This document shows positions 40,081 through 48,934 of a DNA stretch of 64,000 nucleotides, in pieces; the stretch's first letter is position 1; each line of letters begins with the position of its first letter. Origin of the DNA: an uncultured Acidimicrobiaceae bacterium. GTDB lineage: Bacteria > Actinomycetota > Acidimicrobiia > Spongiisociales > UBA5794. Location: contig CAMYKI010000003.1 in NCBI GenBank assembly GCA_947258985.1, positions 24,222 through 88,221 on the forward strand, written 5' to 3'. A model generated the notes under the pieces. That model was not told the DNA's origin and made no database searches. It worked only from the letters and a program-made list of their open reading frames with translations. The translations under genes were made by a program, and so were the position numbers.

Positions 40081-41469
40081 ATGCGTTCCAAGATCCTTCG
40101 TACATTGACCGTCGGCCTGGCCATGTCTCTAGTCATGGGGGTAGCCCTGGCTGCGCTTCCACCGGGAGGGACCTTTACCGACGACAACGGCAACGTCCAT
40201 GAAGGCAACATCGAGGCAATCGCCGCTGAAGGCATCACCCGGGGCTGCAACCCACCCGTCAACGACAACTATTGCCCGTCGACCTCGGTCACTCGCGGTC
40301 AGATGGCCGCTTTTCTCACCAGGGCCCTCGGCCTTTCGACGCCCACCGCAGACTTCTTCACCGACGACGACGGCACGACCTTCGAAGCGGACATCAATGC
40401 CGTGGCCGCCGCCGGTATCACCAGGGGCTGCAATCCACCCGACAACGACGAGTTCTGCCCGAGCCAGGCAGTAACCCGGGAGCAGATGGCGGCTTTCTTG
40501 CGCCGTGCGTTCAACTATCCGGCCACCGCCACCGACTACTTCACCGACGATGGCCTCTCCGTGTTTCAGACAGACATCAACGCCATTGCCGCCGCCGGCA
40601 TCACGATGGGATGCAACCCGCCTGCCAATGACAGTTACTGTCCGACTGCCGTCGTGAAGCGCGATCAGATGGCGTCGTTCTTCGCGCGGGCGCTGGACCT
40701 CGAGCCGATTACGCCACCAACGCCGACCACCATCGCCCCCGGCGACAGCATCATCATCGATCACACCACAGCCGACATCGATGCCATTCCGCAGACGTGG
40801 CTCAACGCCGCTGCAGCCAACGTGATCTGGGCATACGGGTCGACGTCTCACGGGACTCAACTGTGGGCCGGTGCCGAGGATCTCGACAACTGGCTTTCCT
40901 TGCCCTTCGAGAAGCAATACCGGACCGTACCGACCCAGACGAGCCCTGCGCAGCTGCGCATGGGTTACGACAGCGGCTGGTCCTGGAGTGCATCGGTCTA
41001 TCTCTCCCGGGCCCGGTCAATCCTGGCCGACGTGCCCCAAGCGACCGCCTTCTCCTGGTCGTGGTGCGGTGAGATGTCCTCGGCCGGCACCGATGTCGAT
41101 GCATACCTGAGCGCAATGACGACGCTGGAGGCCGAATACCCGAACGTGACATTCGTTTACATGACAGGCCATCTCGACGGCGGGGGAGCGGCCCTGGAGG
41201 CAAACAACGACAAGGTACGTCAGCACGTGCTCGACAACGGCGGGGTGCTATTCGACTTCGCCGACATCGAGCAGTACGACCCCAACGGCGTCGAGTACCC
41301 GACCGCCTCGGATGCCTGCGAGTGGTGCAGCACGTGGTGCGCAGCTCATCCAGGCGACTGTGCGGATCTTGGTGGAAGCTGTGCCCACAGCCACCCCTTC
41401 AACTGCCGTCGCAAGGGGATGGCGTTCTGGTGGTTGTCGGCCCGTCTCGCCGGCTGGTCCGGGAGTTAG
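40081..41469 (+). CDS. secreted protein with three tandem SLH-like repeats (each with a conserved Cys pair) and an uncharacterised Cys-rich C-terminal domain
   Basis: Signal peptide MRSKILRTLTVGLAMSLVMGVALAA. Three repeats of about 52 aa, pattern F(T/F)DD.G..HE..I.A.AA.GIT.GCNPP.ND.(Y/F)CP...VTR.QMAAFL.RA(L/F). A roughly 270-aa C-terminal domain ends CEWCSTWCAAHPGDCADLGGSCAHSHPFNC. The real ATG is at 40081. The ORF track's upstream extension is rejected. Confidence 0.55.
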   Translation: MRSKILRTLTVGLAMSLVMGVALAALPPGGTFTDDNGNVHEGNIEAIAAEGITRGCNPPVNDNYCPSTSVTRGQMAAFLTRALGLSTPTADFFTDDDGTTFEADINAVAAAGITRGCNPPDNDEFCPSQAVTREQMAAFLRRAFNYPATATDYFTDDGLSVFQTDINAIAAAGITMGCNPPANDSYCPTAVVKRDQMASFFARALDLEPITPPTPTTIAPGDSIIIDHTTADIDAIPQTWLNAAAANVIWAYGSTSHGTQLWAGAEDLDNWLSLPFEKQYRTVPTQTSPAQLRMGYDSGWSWSASVYLSRARSILADVPQATAFSWSWCGEMSSAGTDVDAYLSAMTTLEAEYPNVTFVYMTGHLDGGGAALEANNDKVRQHVLDNGGVLFDFADIEQYDPNGVEYPTASDACEWCSTWCAAHPGDCADLGGSCAHSHPFNCRRKGMAFWWLSARLAGWSGS

Positions 41470-41520
41470 GCGGACATTCGTCGCGCCCCGGGCCGCGGCG
41501 TCGTGTTGATTCTGGCCGAC

Positions 41521-42270
41521 TCATATGGGTGAGTGCCCCGAACTGCGCCTTCTGCCGGCGAGTCGCAGCGTTGCCGCCGGGTCGTTGGAGATGAGCGCAT
41601 CGACACCTGCGGTCGCCAGAATCGCTATCTGATCGGGGTCGTCGGCCGTCCACACGGCCATCTTCAACCCGGCATCGTGGGTAGCGGTAACGAGACGTAT
41701 TGCATCCGCGGCCGCATCTCCCACCCACGGAGCGATCCACTTGTGCCCGGCATCGGCAATGCCCAGAAGTCCGCCGAGGATGTCAAAGCCGACCGGAGTG
41801 AGTTGCCCGGTTGTGATGGTCGCATCAGCTTCTCGCACCGCGGCGACCGTGTCGGGATTGAAGGAAGTGACTATGACCCGCCCATGGATGTCATGGCGCG
41901 CTACCCAATGAGCAACGGCCGCAGCCATTTTGTGGTCCGGATCGAAATCAGGCTCGGTCGGCGAGTTCTTGATCTCGACGTTGACCGTCAGGTCGACGAG
42001 GACCTCGAGCGCCTCGTCGAGCGTTGGGATCTCTGGATGGGTGGCCCGCAATGTGGCGAAGTCGTGATGCACCAACGGGCCCATCTCTCCAACGGTTGGG
42101 TCGTGGTGGAGCACGATGAAACCGTCGGCGGTGAAACGCACGTCTAGCTCGACCCCGTCTGCGCCATGCGCAACGGCCAGCTCGAATGCTTCGATGGTGT
42201 TGTCGCCAGCATGGGCGGAGGCGCCACGATGGCCGAGGACCAGCGGCCGCGGGTCCTGTCCGGGAGTGAT
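41521..42270 (-). CDS. glycerophosphodiester phosphodiesterase
   Basis: GDPD motifs LVLGHRGAS and GVELDVRFTADGFIVLHHD. A GTG at 42270 with AAAGG Shine-Dalgarno gives a typical 249-aa protein. The longer ORF would overlap the divergent cysS start. Confidence 0.7.
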   Translation of the reverse strand: MTPGQDPRPLVLGHRGASAHAGDNTIEAFELAVAHGADGVELDVRFTADGFIVLHHDPTVGEMGPLVHHDFATLRATHPEIPTLDEALEVLVDLTVNVEIKNSPTEPDFDPDHKMAAAVAHWVARHDIHGRVIVTSFNPDTVAAVREADATITTGQLTPVGFDILGGLLGIADAGHKWIAPWVGDAAADAIRLVTATHDAGLKMAVWTADDPDQIAILATAGVDALISNDPAATLRLAGRRRSSGHSPI

Positions 42271-42352
42271 CACTCGCTGCCTTTCTATATGGGTGCCCAA
42301 CGCTAGTGGCTGGTCGACCAGTCGGCTCTCGGCGCTGATACCATCCCTTCCC

Positions 42353-43756
42353 ATGCGCATCTTCAACACCCTCGGACGGACATTGCAGGACTTCGAACCG
42401 CGTGATGCGGGCAAGGTCTCGATGTACGTCTGTGGGGCCACCGTCCAGTCGAAACCGCACGTCGGCCACGGCCGGTATGCCGTGGTGTTCGACGTTGTCC
42501 GCCGCTACTTCGAATGGCTCGGCTACGAGGTCACCTATGTGCGCAACATCACCGACGTCGACGACAAGATCATCAATGCAGCAAACGAGATGGGCATCTC
42601 CACCAACGAGGTAGTCGAGTTGGCCGACTCGGCCTTCCGTTCGGCCTATGAGGCCCTGCGGGTGGCTCCGCCGGACATCGAGCCGCGAGCGACCGAGCAC
42701 ATCTCCGAGATGATCGCAATGATCGAGGCTCTGATCGAAAGGGACCACGCCTACGAGGCGGACGGCGACGTCTACTTCGTCGTTCGCAGCTTTCCTCAGT
42801 ACGGCAGGCTGTCGGGCCGAAACATCGACGAACTTCGAAGCGGCGAACGCATCGAACCCGGCGAGCACAAGCGGGATCCGCTCGACTTCGCCGTCTGGAA
42901 GGCTGCCAAGCCGGGGGAGCCGAGTTGGCCATCCCCGTGGGGGCCCGGTCGTCCGGGCTGGCACATCGAGTGTTCGGCAATGGCACAGAAGTACCTGGGG
43001 GATGGCTTCGATATCCACGGCGGTGGCAACGATCTGGTCTTCCCCCACCACGAGAACGAGATCGCCCAAGCTGAGGCCGCCGGTCACGTCCCCTTCGTCA
43101 ACTATTGGATGCACAACGGTTTGCTCAACCTGTCCGGCGAGAAGATGTCCAAGTCGACCGGCCACGTCGTGGACCTCGTCGAGGGCATCGACAAGTACAC
43201 GCCGGGCGCCGTCAGGCTGTTCTACTTGCGAACCCACTACCGCAAACCGCTCGAGTTCAGCGAGGAGTCCCTCGTCGATGCCCGGGCGTCGCTCGACAGG
43301 ATGTGGGCGTTCCGGCGCCGTGTCTCGGGACCGGTGGAAGACGCACCTCTTGCGGCAGCGATTGAGGCATTCCAGGGAGCGATGAACAATGACCTCGACA
43401 ACGCGGGGGCGCTTGCCGTGTTGTTCGACGTCATCAGAGATGGGAATCGGCGGCTCGACGCCGGCGAGGAAGCCGGACCCTGGATTGCTGCCTACGACGA
43501 GATCATCGGAGTGCTCGGATTGGCCGAGCCGGGGGCAGCGCTTGATGACGTTGCCGACAACGTGGCCGCGCTCGCTGCAGAGCTGGGAGCCACAGATGTG
43601 GCCGGGGAAGATGCGATCGATGCTCTGATCGAGTTGCGTGCCGCCGCTCGTGCAGACAAGGAATGGGCCAAAGCAGACCAGATCCGCGACGGGCTGGCCG
43701 AACTCGGCATCGTCCTGGAGGACACGCCCCATGGCGTCCGCTGGCATCGGGGATAG
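42353..43756 (+). CDS. cysS: cysteine--tRNA ligase
   Basis: HIGH motif (PHVGHGR) and KMSKS motif. Class I catalytic core. Confidence 0.9.
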   Translation: MRIFNTLGRTLQDFEPRDAGKVSMYVCGATVQSKPHVGHGRYAVVFDVVRRYFEWLGYEVTYVRNITDVDDKIINAANEMGISTNEVVELADSAFRSAYEALRVAPPDIEPRATEHISEMIAMIEALIERDHAYEADGDVYFVVRSFPQYGRLSGRNIDELRSGERIEPGEHKRDPLDFAVWKAAKPGEPSWPSPWGPGRPGWHIECSAMAQKYLGDGFDIHGGGNDLVFPHHENEIAQAEAAGHVPFVNYWMHNGLLNLSGEKMSKSTGHVVDLVEGIDKYTPGAVRLFYLRTHYRKPLEFSEESLVDARASLDRMWAFRRRVSGPVEDAPLAAAIEAFQGAMNNDLDNAGALAVLFDVIRDGNRRLDAGEEAGPWIAAYDEIIGVLGLAEPGAALDDVADNVAALAAELGATDVAGEDAIDALIELRAAARADKEWAKADQIRDGLAELGIVLEDTPHGVRWHRG

Positions 43757-44507
43757 CCTCGAAGGCTTCCACGCGGTCCGGGCGGCGGTCGACGCGGGAC
43801 GCGTTACCGAAATCCTGGTTGAGCATTCGCGAGCGAAGCGGGACGACTACCGCGCTTTGCTCGAGGATGCGGCCGGGCGGGGAGCGCGGATCGACCGGGT
43901 CGACGATGTACGCGATCATGCGCGGTCGGGAGCACCGCAAGGCATCGTCGCCAAAGCGCGTCCCATTCCCTACTCGTCTCTCGATGCCGCCATCGCAGTC
44001 ACTGATCCCGCTGCGCTGCTCGTACTCGATCACCTCGAGGACCCGAGGAATGTGGGAGCTATCGCCCGGTCGATGGTGGCTGCCGGGGTTAAGGCGCTCG
44101 TGATTCCGGAGCGCCGATCTGCCCCGCTCGGACCGACCGCCTTCAAGGCAGCGGTCGGCGCTTTCGAGAAGCTGACGGTGGTACAGACGAAGTCCACCGC
44201 GGATGCGATGCGCCGGTTGCGCAAGGCGGGGGTATGGCTGGTCGGTCTCGATGCCGGCGGGAATCGTTCGCTGTTTGGTTGTGATCTGTTGGACCAACCC
44301 GTCGCCATCGTCGTTGGGGCAGAGGGCAAAGGACTATCACATCTGGCGTCGGAACTGCTCGACGTGACGGTCACGATCCCGATTGACCCGGAAGTCGAAA
44401 GCCTCAACGCATCGGTGGCGGCGTCCCTGGCATTGTTCGAAATCAGCCGCCAACGTGGCGCTACACTCGGCGCGCCTCTGCCCGACGGCAGAGACCCGCT
44501 GGCGTAG
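43731..44507 (+). CDS. rlmB: 23S rRNA (guanosine-2'-O)-methyltransferase, RlmB/TrmH (SpoU) family
   Basis: SpoU_sub_bind N-domain plus SPOUT motifs (LVLDHLEDPRNVGAIARS, IVVGAEGKGLS, IPIDPEVESLNASVAASLALFE). Start overlaps the cysS 3' end. Confidence 0.8.
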   Translation: MASAGIGDSLEGFHAVRAAVDAGRVTEILVEHSRAKRDDYRALLEDAAGRGARIDRVDDVRDHARSGAPQGIVAKARPIPYSSLDAAIAVTDPAALLVLDHLEDPRNVGAIARSMVAAGVKALVIPERRSAPLGPTAFKAAVGAFEKLTVVQTKSTADAMRRLRKAGVWLVGLDAGGNRSLFGCDLLDQPVAIVVGAEGKGLSHLASELLDVTVTIPIDPEVESLNASVAASLALFEISRQRGATLGAPLPDGRDPLA

Positions 44508-44574
44508 CTCAGTCCGGCAGAGCAGCTGATTTGTAATCAGCAGGTCATGGGTTCGAATCCCTTCGCCAGCTCCA
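44498..44574 (+). tRNA. tRNA-Thr (anticodon TGT)
   Basis: Acceptor GCTGGCG/CGCCAGC. D arm GCTC...GAGC. Anticodon stem GCTGA/TCAGC with loop TTTGTAA. T loop TTCGAAT. Discriminator T, then CCA. The 5' end overlaps the rlmB stop by 10 nt. Confidence 0.8.
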
Positions 44575-44601
44575 CTCACATCGTGGGTGTATCCGTTCGT
44601 C

Positions 44602-44817
44602 TTCTCTGCCGATGAGACGATGGACATCGGCCAGGACACCGCCTCGCCGGTTGTCGACGACTACGGCTAGGGGCCGGACAACGTGTTCACCGGCAGGATC
44701 CATTGGGTGCAGATCGACGTCGAGGATGACGACGTCAGCCACACCGAGGATCCCGAACGGACATACCAACGCATCATGGCGCGGCAACCCATCAGCGGGC
44801 TGCGGGCAAGCGCGGAC
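44602..44817 (+). pseudogene. remnant of the C-terminal about 70 codons of an arylsulfatase-family gene, interrupted by an in-frame TAG
   Basis: Same-frame translation FSADETMDIGQDTASPVVDDYG*GPDNVFTGRIHWVQIDVEDDDVSHTEDPERTYQRIMARQ. From memory this fits the conserved C-terminus of actinobacterial sulfatases (...GxDxGSPVxDDY...FTGxIxxVxIDV...). It has no start, begins directly after the tRNA, and carries an internal stop at 44668-44670. Confidence 0.4.
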
Positions 44818-44862
44818 CCGCCGCGTTGACCTGAGGGAGCTCGCCGCATCGCGCTAGTCGGT

Positions 44863-45264
44863 TTACGGTGCGAAGGAATCCTGTGCCGGGCTGGGCCGGT
44901 CGGGTTGCCACGGCCACCTTTCTTCCACATCGAGCACCAATGTCCAGCTCAAGAAGGTGCGGATGAGCACCAGGAGACCCAGTACGACGGCGTTCTCGAT
45001 GGTGGCTTCGAAGGTCACCGTCTTGATGATGTCTGCCGCGATGAGCAGATCGAGTCCGACCAGAAGCCCGCGAGCCATGTAGCGCTTGAACGTTTCGAAG
45101 GCGTCGTCCCATGTGCTCTGGAACCGACGCGAGGTGCCGCCCACCAGCGAAGCCACTACCGCAATCGAGATGATAACAATCGCGACCAACTCGATCCCTT
45201 CGGCAAATCGACGGGCGATCTCGAAGTCACCGATCGTGAGGCCCTCTTCAACAGCTAGCAGCAT
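44863..45264 (-). CDS. DUF1622 family membrane protein
   Basis: 133 aa with three TM segments. Sequence pattern typical of the small DUF1622 membrane proteins. Confidence 0.45.
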   Translation of the reverse strand: MLLAVEEGLTIGDFEIARRFAEGIELVAIVIISIAVVASLVGGTSRRFQSTWDDAFETFKRYMARGLLVGLDLLIAADIIKTVTFEATIENAVVLGLLVLIRTFLSWTLVLDVEERWPWQPDRPSPAQDSFAP

Positions 45265-45394
45265 CTTTCCGGCCTACGCCGACCCCAGCGCGAGCAACGG
45301 CATTGTCGTCCGATCTCGGGCTACGACCGGGCGGTGTTTGGAACCGCACACACCGCAGCCCCTCGGCGGCCGAGTGGACCGGCGCAGCGGACCG

Positions 45395-46660
45395 TTATGC
45401 CTCGCTAGCGGTGAGCCGCTCGGGCTCCGGAGGGTTCTCCGCCGGAGATGGCAGGGTTGGCCGATCCGGAAATGGGTCGCGGTCGATGAGCTTGGCGTAC
45501 AGATAGCTGAAGATGTCTCGCAGAGTGGCGATGATCGGTACGGCAAGCAGCGAACCGAGGAGGCCACCGATGGCAAACCCGGCGATCAAGCCGAGCATGA
45601 TCACGGCAGGGGGCAGCCGTACCGCGGTACCCATCACCCGCGGAGCGATCAGGTTGGCCTGGAGCTGGACGACGACCAGGTAGATGATCGCTACCAGCAC
45701 GGCGAACGCCAGGTTCGACATCTCAAACCGGGTGGTCCCGTTGACGAGGGCCGCGAGCACCCCCGGTATCGCGGCAAGGATCGGTCCGAATGTTGGAACC
45801 ATGTTCAACACTGCCATCACGACACCCATCACGAATGCGCCCGGCATGCCGACCATCCACAGGACGAGCCAGACCATCGTGCCGGTGATAGCGGAGTTGA
45901 CGAGCTGGCCGTATAGGTAGCCCTTCCACACCGTGGTCAGCTTCTTTGACATAAAGAGGGCGTCCCCCTCATACCCTGGTGGGACGGTTCGAAGGATGGC
46001 GGCGTGATACTTGGCCGAGTCAGCGTTGAGGTACATCGCCACAATTAGCGTCACCAACCCGGACATGACGATCGCAACCACGACCCCGACCGCGGCCCTC
46101 AAGGTGGCGAGTGCGCCTCCGACCAGGGCCATGATCTGATCTGTGGTGACCTGGACCCCTGACGACTCCTCGATCTCCTCGGTATCCAGGTTCTCCTGCA
46201 ATGAGTCGACCAGTTCGCTGAGATCCAGGTCCACGCCGAGGAACGTCACCCGGCGAAGGTCCTCGGCGTTCTCTCTTGCCCATTCCGCAATAGCCACGAT
46301 CGCTCCGACCGGGTCGAGTTGCCGGATCGATTCGATGATCGCCCCCGCCATCAACACCCCGAAAACCAGCGTGCCTACCAGCACCAGGAAATAGGCGATC
46401 AGGAGGGCCAACCCCCGTGGCGCCTTGAGGCGGACGTGGATGATGCGGATCAGAGGAGCGATCAGGAAAGCCACGAACCCGGCGAGGGCAGCCGTCACGA
46501 ACACCGCCCGGGCCATGTAGGCAATAAGCAGCAACGACACGCCGATTCCGGCAGCCACGGTCAACTTGGCGGCGTTGCTCCACGGTGGCGACGGTTCTGC
46601 CTCGGCCTCGAGGATCTCTCGGGACGTTGGCGGAGCCTTAGGTTCTTGGGTGGCGGCCAT
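45395..46660 (-). CDS. AI-2E family transporter (UPF0118/PerM-like)
   Basis: 8 TM topology, conserved C-terminal region G..LGL.G.LLAVP. ATG at 46660 chosen as start. Confidence 0.7.
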   Translation of the reverse strand: MAATQEPKAPPTSREILEAEAEPSPPWSNAAKLTVAAGIGVSLLLIAYMARAVFVTAALAGFVAFLIAPLIRIIHVRLKAPRGLALLIAYFLVLVGTLVFGVLMAGAIIESIRQLDPVGAIVAIAEWARENAEDLRRVTFLGVDLDLSELVDSLQENLDTEEIEESSGVQVTTDQIMALVGGALATLRAAVGVVVAIVMSGLVTLIVAMYLNADSAKYHAAILRTVPPGYEGDALFMSKKLTTVWKGYLYGQLVNSAITGTMVWLVLWMVGMPGAFVMGVVMAVLNMVPTFGPILAAIPGVLAALVNGTTRFEMSNLAFAVLVAIIYLVVVQLQANLIAPRVMGTAVRLPPAVIMLGLIAGFAIGGLLGSLLAVPIIATLRDIFSYLYAKLIDRDPFPDRPTLPSPAENPPEPERLTASEA

Positions 46661-46807
46661 GTTTGGCGAGTGTAAGGACCAACACGCCAACCCCACGGGA
46701 TTGTCGGCGCCGGGCCAAGCAGCAAGTCACGAGTGTGCGAGTAGCGAGGTTGGGAAAGGGTGGGGCCTTCCCGACTAGGAGGTGTCGGGAGGATCCGGGC
46801 CATCCGC

Positions 46808-47956
46808 TCAAACCCGCTGTCGGCGGCCAGCACGGTCGAGTCGCTTCGCAAAGCTATCGAGGCGATCATGCAATCGATCAGCCCGCCGGGAGTGAAGCCT
46901 GCGGACCGACACGGTGACTTCTGTGTTGGGGTCCCCAGCGATGCGCCATCCGTCCTCATGGACCAGCCGGTGGTGGAACGGGCACAGGGAGATCAGGTTG
47001 TCGAGATCTGTGGGACCACCGTGCGCCCAGTGGATGAGATGGTGGAAGTGGACCCATCGGGTGTGGCCGCAGCCCGGGTAGCGACACCCTTGATCGCGCT
47101 TGCGCAGAAGCCGGGCCAGCCATGGAGGGATGGTCCGAGTTGTGCGGCCGACGCCGAGGATGCTGTGTTCGCCGTCCTCGACACTGACCTGGAGACGAGC
47201 GTCGCAGACCAATCGGCGGGCCGTTTCCGCAAGCAATGGCGTGCCATCCTCGTAGGACGCTTCGCCTTCGTCGTCGGTAAGCACCGAGAGCGGTATGTGA
47301 ACGACGGCAGTGGCCCGATCTGGGTCACGATCGGCGCCCCGATGCTGCGATGCCAGCATGAGCAGTGCATCGAGGCAGCGGGCCTCGAACGATTCGTAGG
47401 TTCCTCCCGGCTGGGCTGGGGCTTGCGAGGCGAGCCGGGTGATCGTCTTTACGAATTCGACACCGTCGCTTGCGACCATCTTGCCGTTGAGCCATAAGAC
47501 CGGGCGGTTCTCATCGAATGACCAGCTGAACTCGCGTGTGCGCTGCACCTGCTGCACATCGTCGAGCGTGGCCTCGCGGGCTCGCTTGGCGAGGGCAGTG
47601 ACGCTCAATGAGGGTGCCTCGGCGGCAAGGTCATCGTCGGTGTCCGGGGTCGCGAACCTGGTGACATTGCGAAGCTGATCCCACGACATTCTCCCCGCCG
47701 CATACGCCGCCCTAATCGCCGGCAACTGCCGAATCTCGCGGGCAATCCGCACCCAATCATTGGCGGTACGTCGGGACAAGCGGTAGCGGGCAACGAGCCA
47801 ACCGGCCATCGATGAGGCGCCGTCGAATGTCCACGCCTCCTCACGGTCCATCCTGGCAACGTCATCAAGCAACTCCAGATGTGCAGCGCACCTGATCGTG
47901 TGCCACCTGTCCATTGCGGTGTATCGATCTGTGTCATGCAGGGGGGCGGTCCCCAT
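46808..47956 (-). CDS. DUF222 domain / HNH endonuclease protein (REP13E12-type)
   Basis: DUF222 core, then an HNH motif (CRYPGCGHTRWVHFHHLIHWAHGGPTDLDNLISLCPFHHRLVHEDGW). Start set to the ATG at 47956 to avoid overlap with the divergent gene at 48100. Confidence 0.75.
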   Translation of the reverse strand: MGTAPLHDTDRYTAMDRWHTIRCAAHLELLDDVARMDREEAWTFDGASSMAGWLVARYRLSRRTANDWVRIAREIRQLPAIRAAYAAGRMSWDQLRNVTRFATPDTDDDLAAEAPSLSVTALAKRAREATLDDVQQVQRTREFSWSFDENRPVLWLNGKMVASDGVEFVKTITRLASQAPAQPGGTYESFEARCLDALLMLASQHRGADRDPDRATAVVHIPLSVLTDDEGEASYEDGTPLLAETARRLVCDARLQVSVEDGEHSILGVGRTTRTIPPWLARLLRKRDQGCRYPGCGHTRWVHFHHLIHWAHGGPTDLDNLISLCPFHHRLVHEDGWRIAGDPNTEVTVSVRRLHSRRADRLHDRLDSFAKRLDRAGRRQRV

Positions 47957-48099
47957 GGCGGTCTCCGGGTGATTGCGTCGGTGGGGAAGTATCAACAACG
48001 TATCAACTGGGTGTGACACATTTGCCTCGGGCGGACACGGCGGGTCATGAGCTTCGCAACTCGGCGGCCGTGTCTTCCCGCTAGATTTGCTGATGAGCA

Positions 48100-48918
48100 A
48101 TGGATACTGACGCTACCTCCATCGACGACAGAGGCGCCGAGCCGCATCTCGCCGTGTTCTTCGACCTCGACCGGACGATCATCGAGGGGTCGTCGATATC
48201 CCAGTTCGGAATGGCGGCATGGCGAGCGGGCCTGATCGATCCGAAAAAGATGGGCATGCATTTGATCCGAGGGTTGCTTTTTGACTGGATCGGCGAATCA
48301 GAAGGCGTTGCCGATGAGACCCTCCCCAAGATCCTAAAGACGATAAAGGGCAAGAAGCAGTCCGAGATGATGGAGCTACGGGGCCCGCTTGTGGAACGGA
48401 TGTTCGCTGAGGCAAGACCGGAGACTCTGCGACTACTGGGGCTTCACGCCAAAATGGGACGGGATTGCTATGTCGTTTCGGCCTCGGCCATCGAGATAGT
48501 CGGCGAGCTGGCGGAGAGGCTCGGCTTCGCCGGGGCGATCGCGACCGAGGCTGAGGTCATCGATGGTGTGTACACCGGGCGGCTGGTGCAGCCGTTCCGG
48601 CACGGCGAGGAAAAGGCGCGCGCCATCGCCAGGCTGGCCGAGGAGAAGGACTACGACCTCAGTCTCTCATTCGCATATGGAGACTCATTCCACGATCTCC
48701 CGATGCTGGAACTGGTTGGGATACCCATCGCCGTCAATCCCGACGCCAAGCTCGCCGACGTTGCGTATGAGCGTGGCTGGCCGGTTGTACAGTTTGCGAA
48801 GCCGCATCACGTGATGCTCCGCCGCCTGAAGACGGGAGCTGCGCTTGGTGCTGCCTTTGCGGCGGGTGCCGTGAGCATGAGGATGTTGCGGAGGGGCGCC
48901 GGTCGCTACACCTCGTGA
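48100..48918 (+). CDS. HAD superfamily hydrolase, subfamily IB (phosphoserine-phosphatase-like)
   Basis: DxD motif FFDLDRTIIEGSS, the SASAIEIV motif II region, and the K...GDSFHDLPML motif III/IV. Confidence 0.7.
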   Translation: MDTDATSIDDRGAEPHLAVFFDLDRTIIEGSSISQFGMAAWRAGLIDPKKMGMHLIRGLLFDWIGESEGVADETLPKILKTIKGKKQSEMMELRGPLVERMFAEARPETLRLLGLHAKMGRDCYVVSASAIEIVGELAERLGFAGAIATEAEVIDGVYTGRLVQPFRHGEEKARAIARLAEEKDYDLSLSFAYGDSFHDLPMLELVGIPIAVNPDAKLADVAYERGWPVVQFAKPHHVMLRRLKTGAALGAAFAAGAVSMRMLRRGAGRYTS

Positions 48919-48934
48919 CCCGTTGCCCGAGTCG

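Noticed and set aside
39985-40081. ydaO/c-di-AMP riboswitch upstream of the secreted SLH-like protein
   Set aside because: The leader is only about 95 nt and I could not recognise the conserved ydaO pseudoknot/helix elements by eye. Needs a covariance-model scan.
42271-42441. Longer N-terminus of the GDPD gene
   Set aside because: Would overlap the divergent cysS start codon. The GTG at 42270 with an SD gives a canonical-length GDPD beginning just before the LVLGHRGAS motif.
48100-48100. DUF222-HNH starting at the first ATG (48100)
   Set aside because: Would share a nucleotide with the divergent HAD gene start. An internal ATG at 47956 was chosen, but the true start remains uncertain (47914 is also possible).
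44575-48100. Complete integrated prophage/ICE at tRNA-Thr
   Set aside because: No integrase, and I could not spot any other phage or transfer genes or a repeated tRNA 3' end. Only a scar (sulfatase remnant) plus a DUF222-HNH gene. Treated as a remnant or hotspot rather than an intact element.
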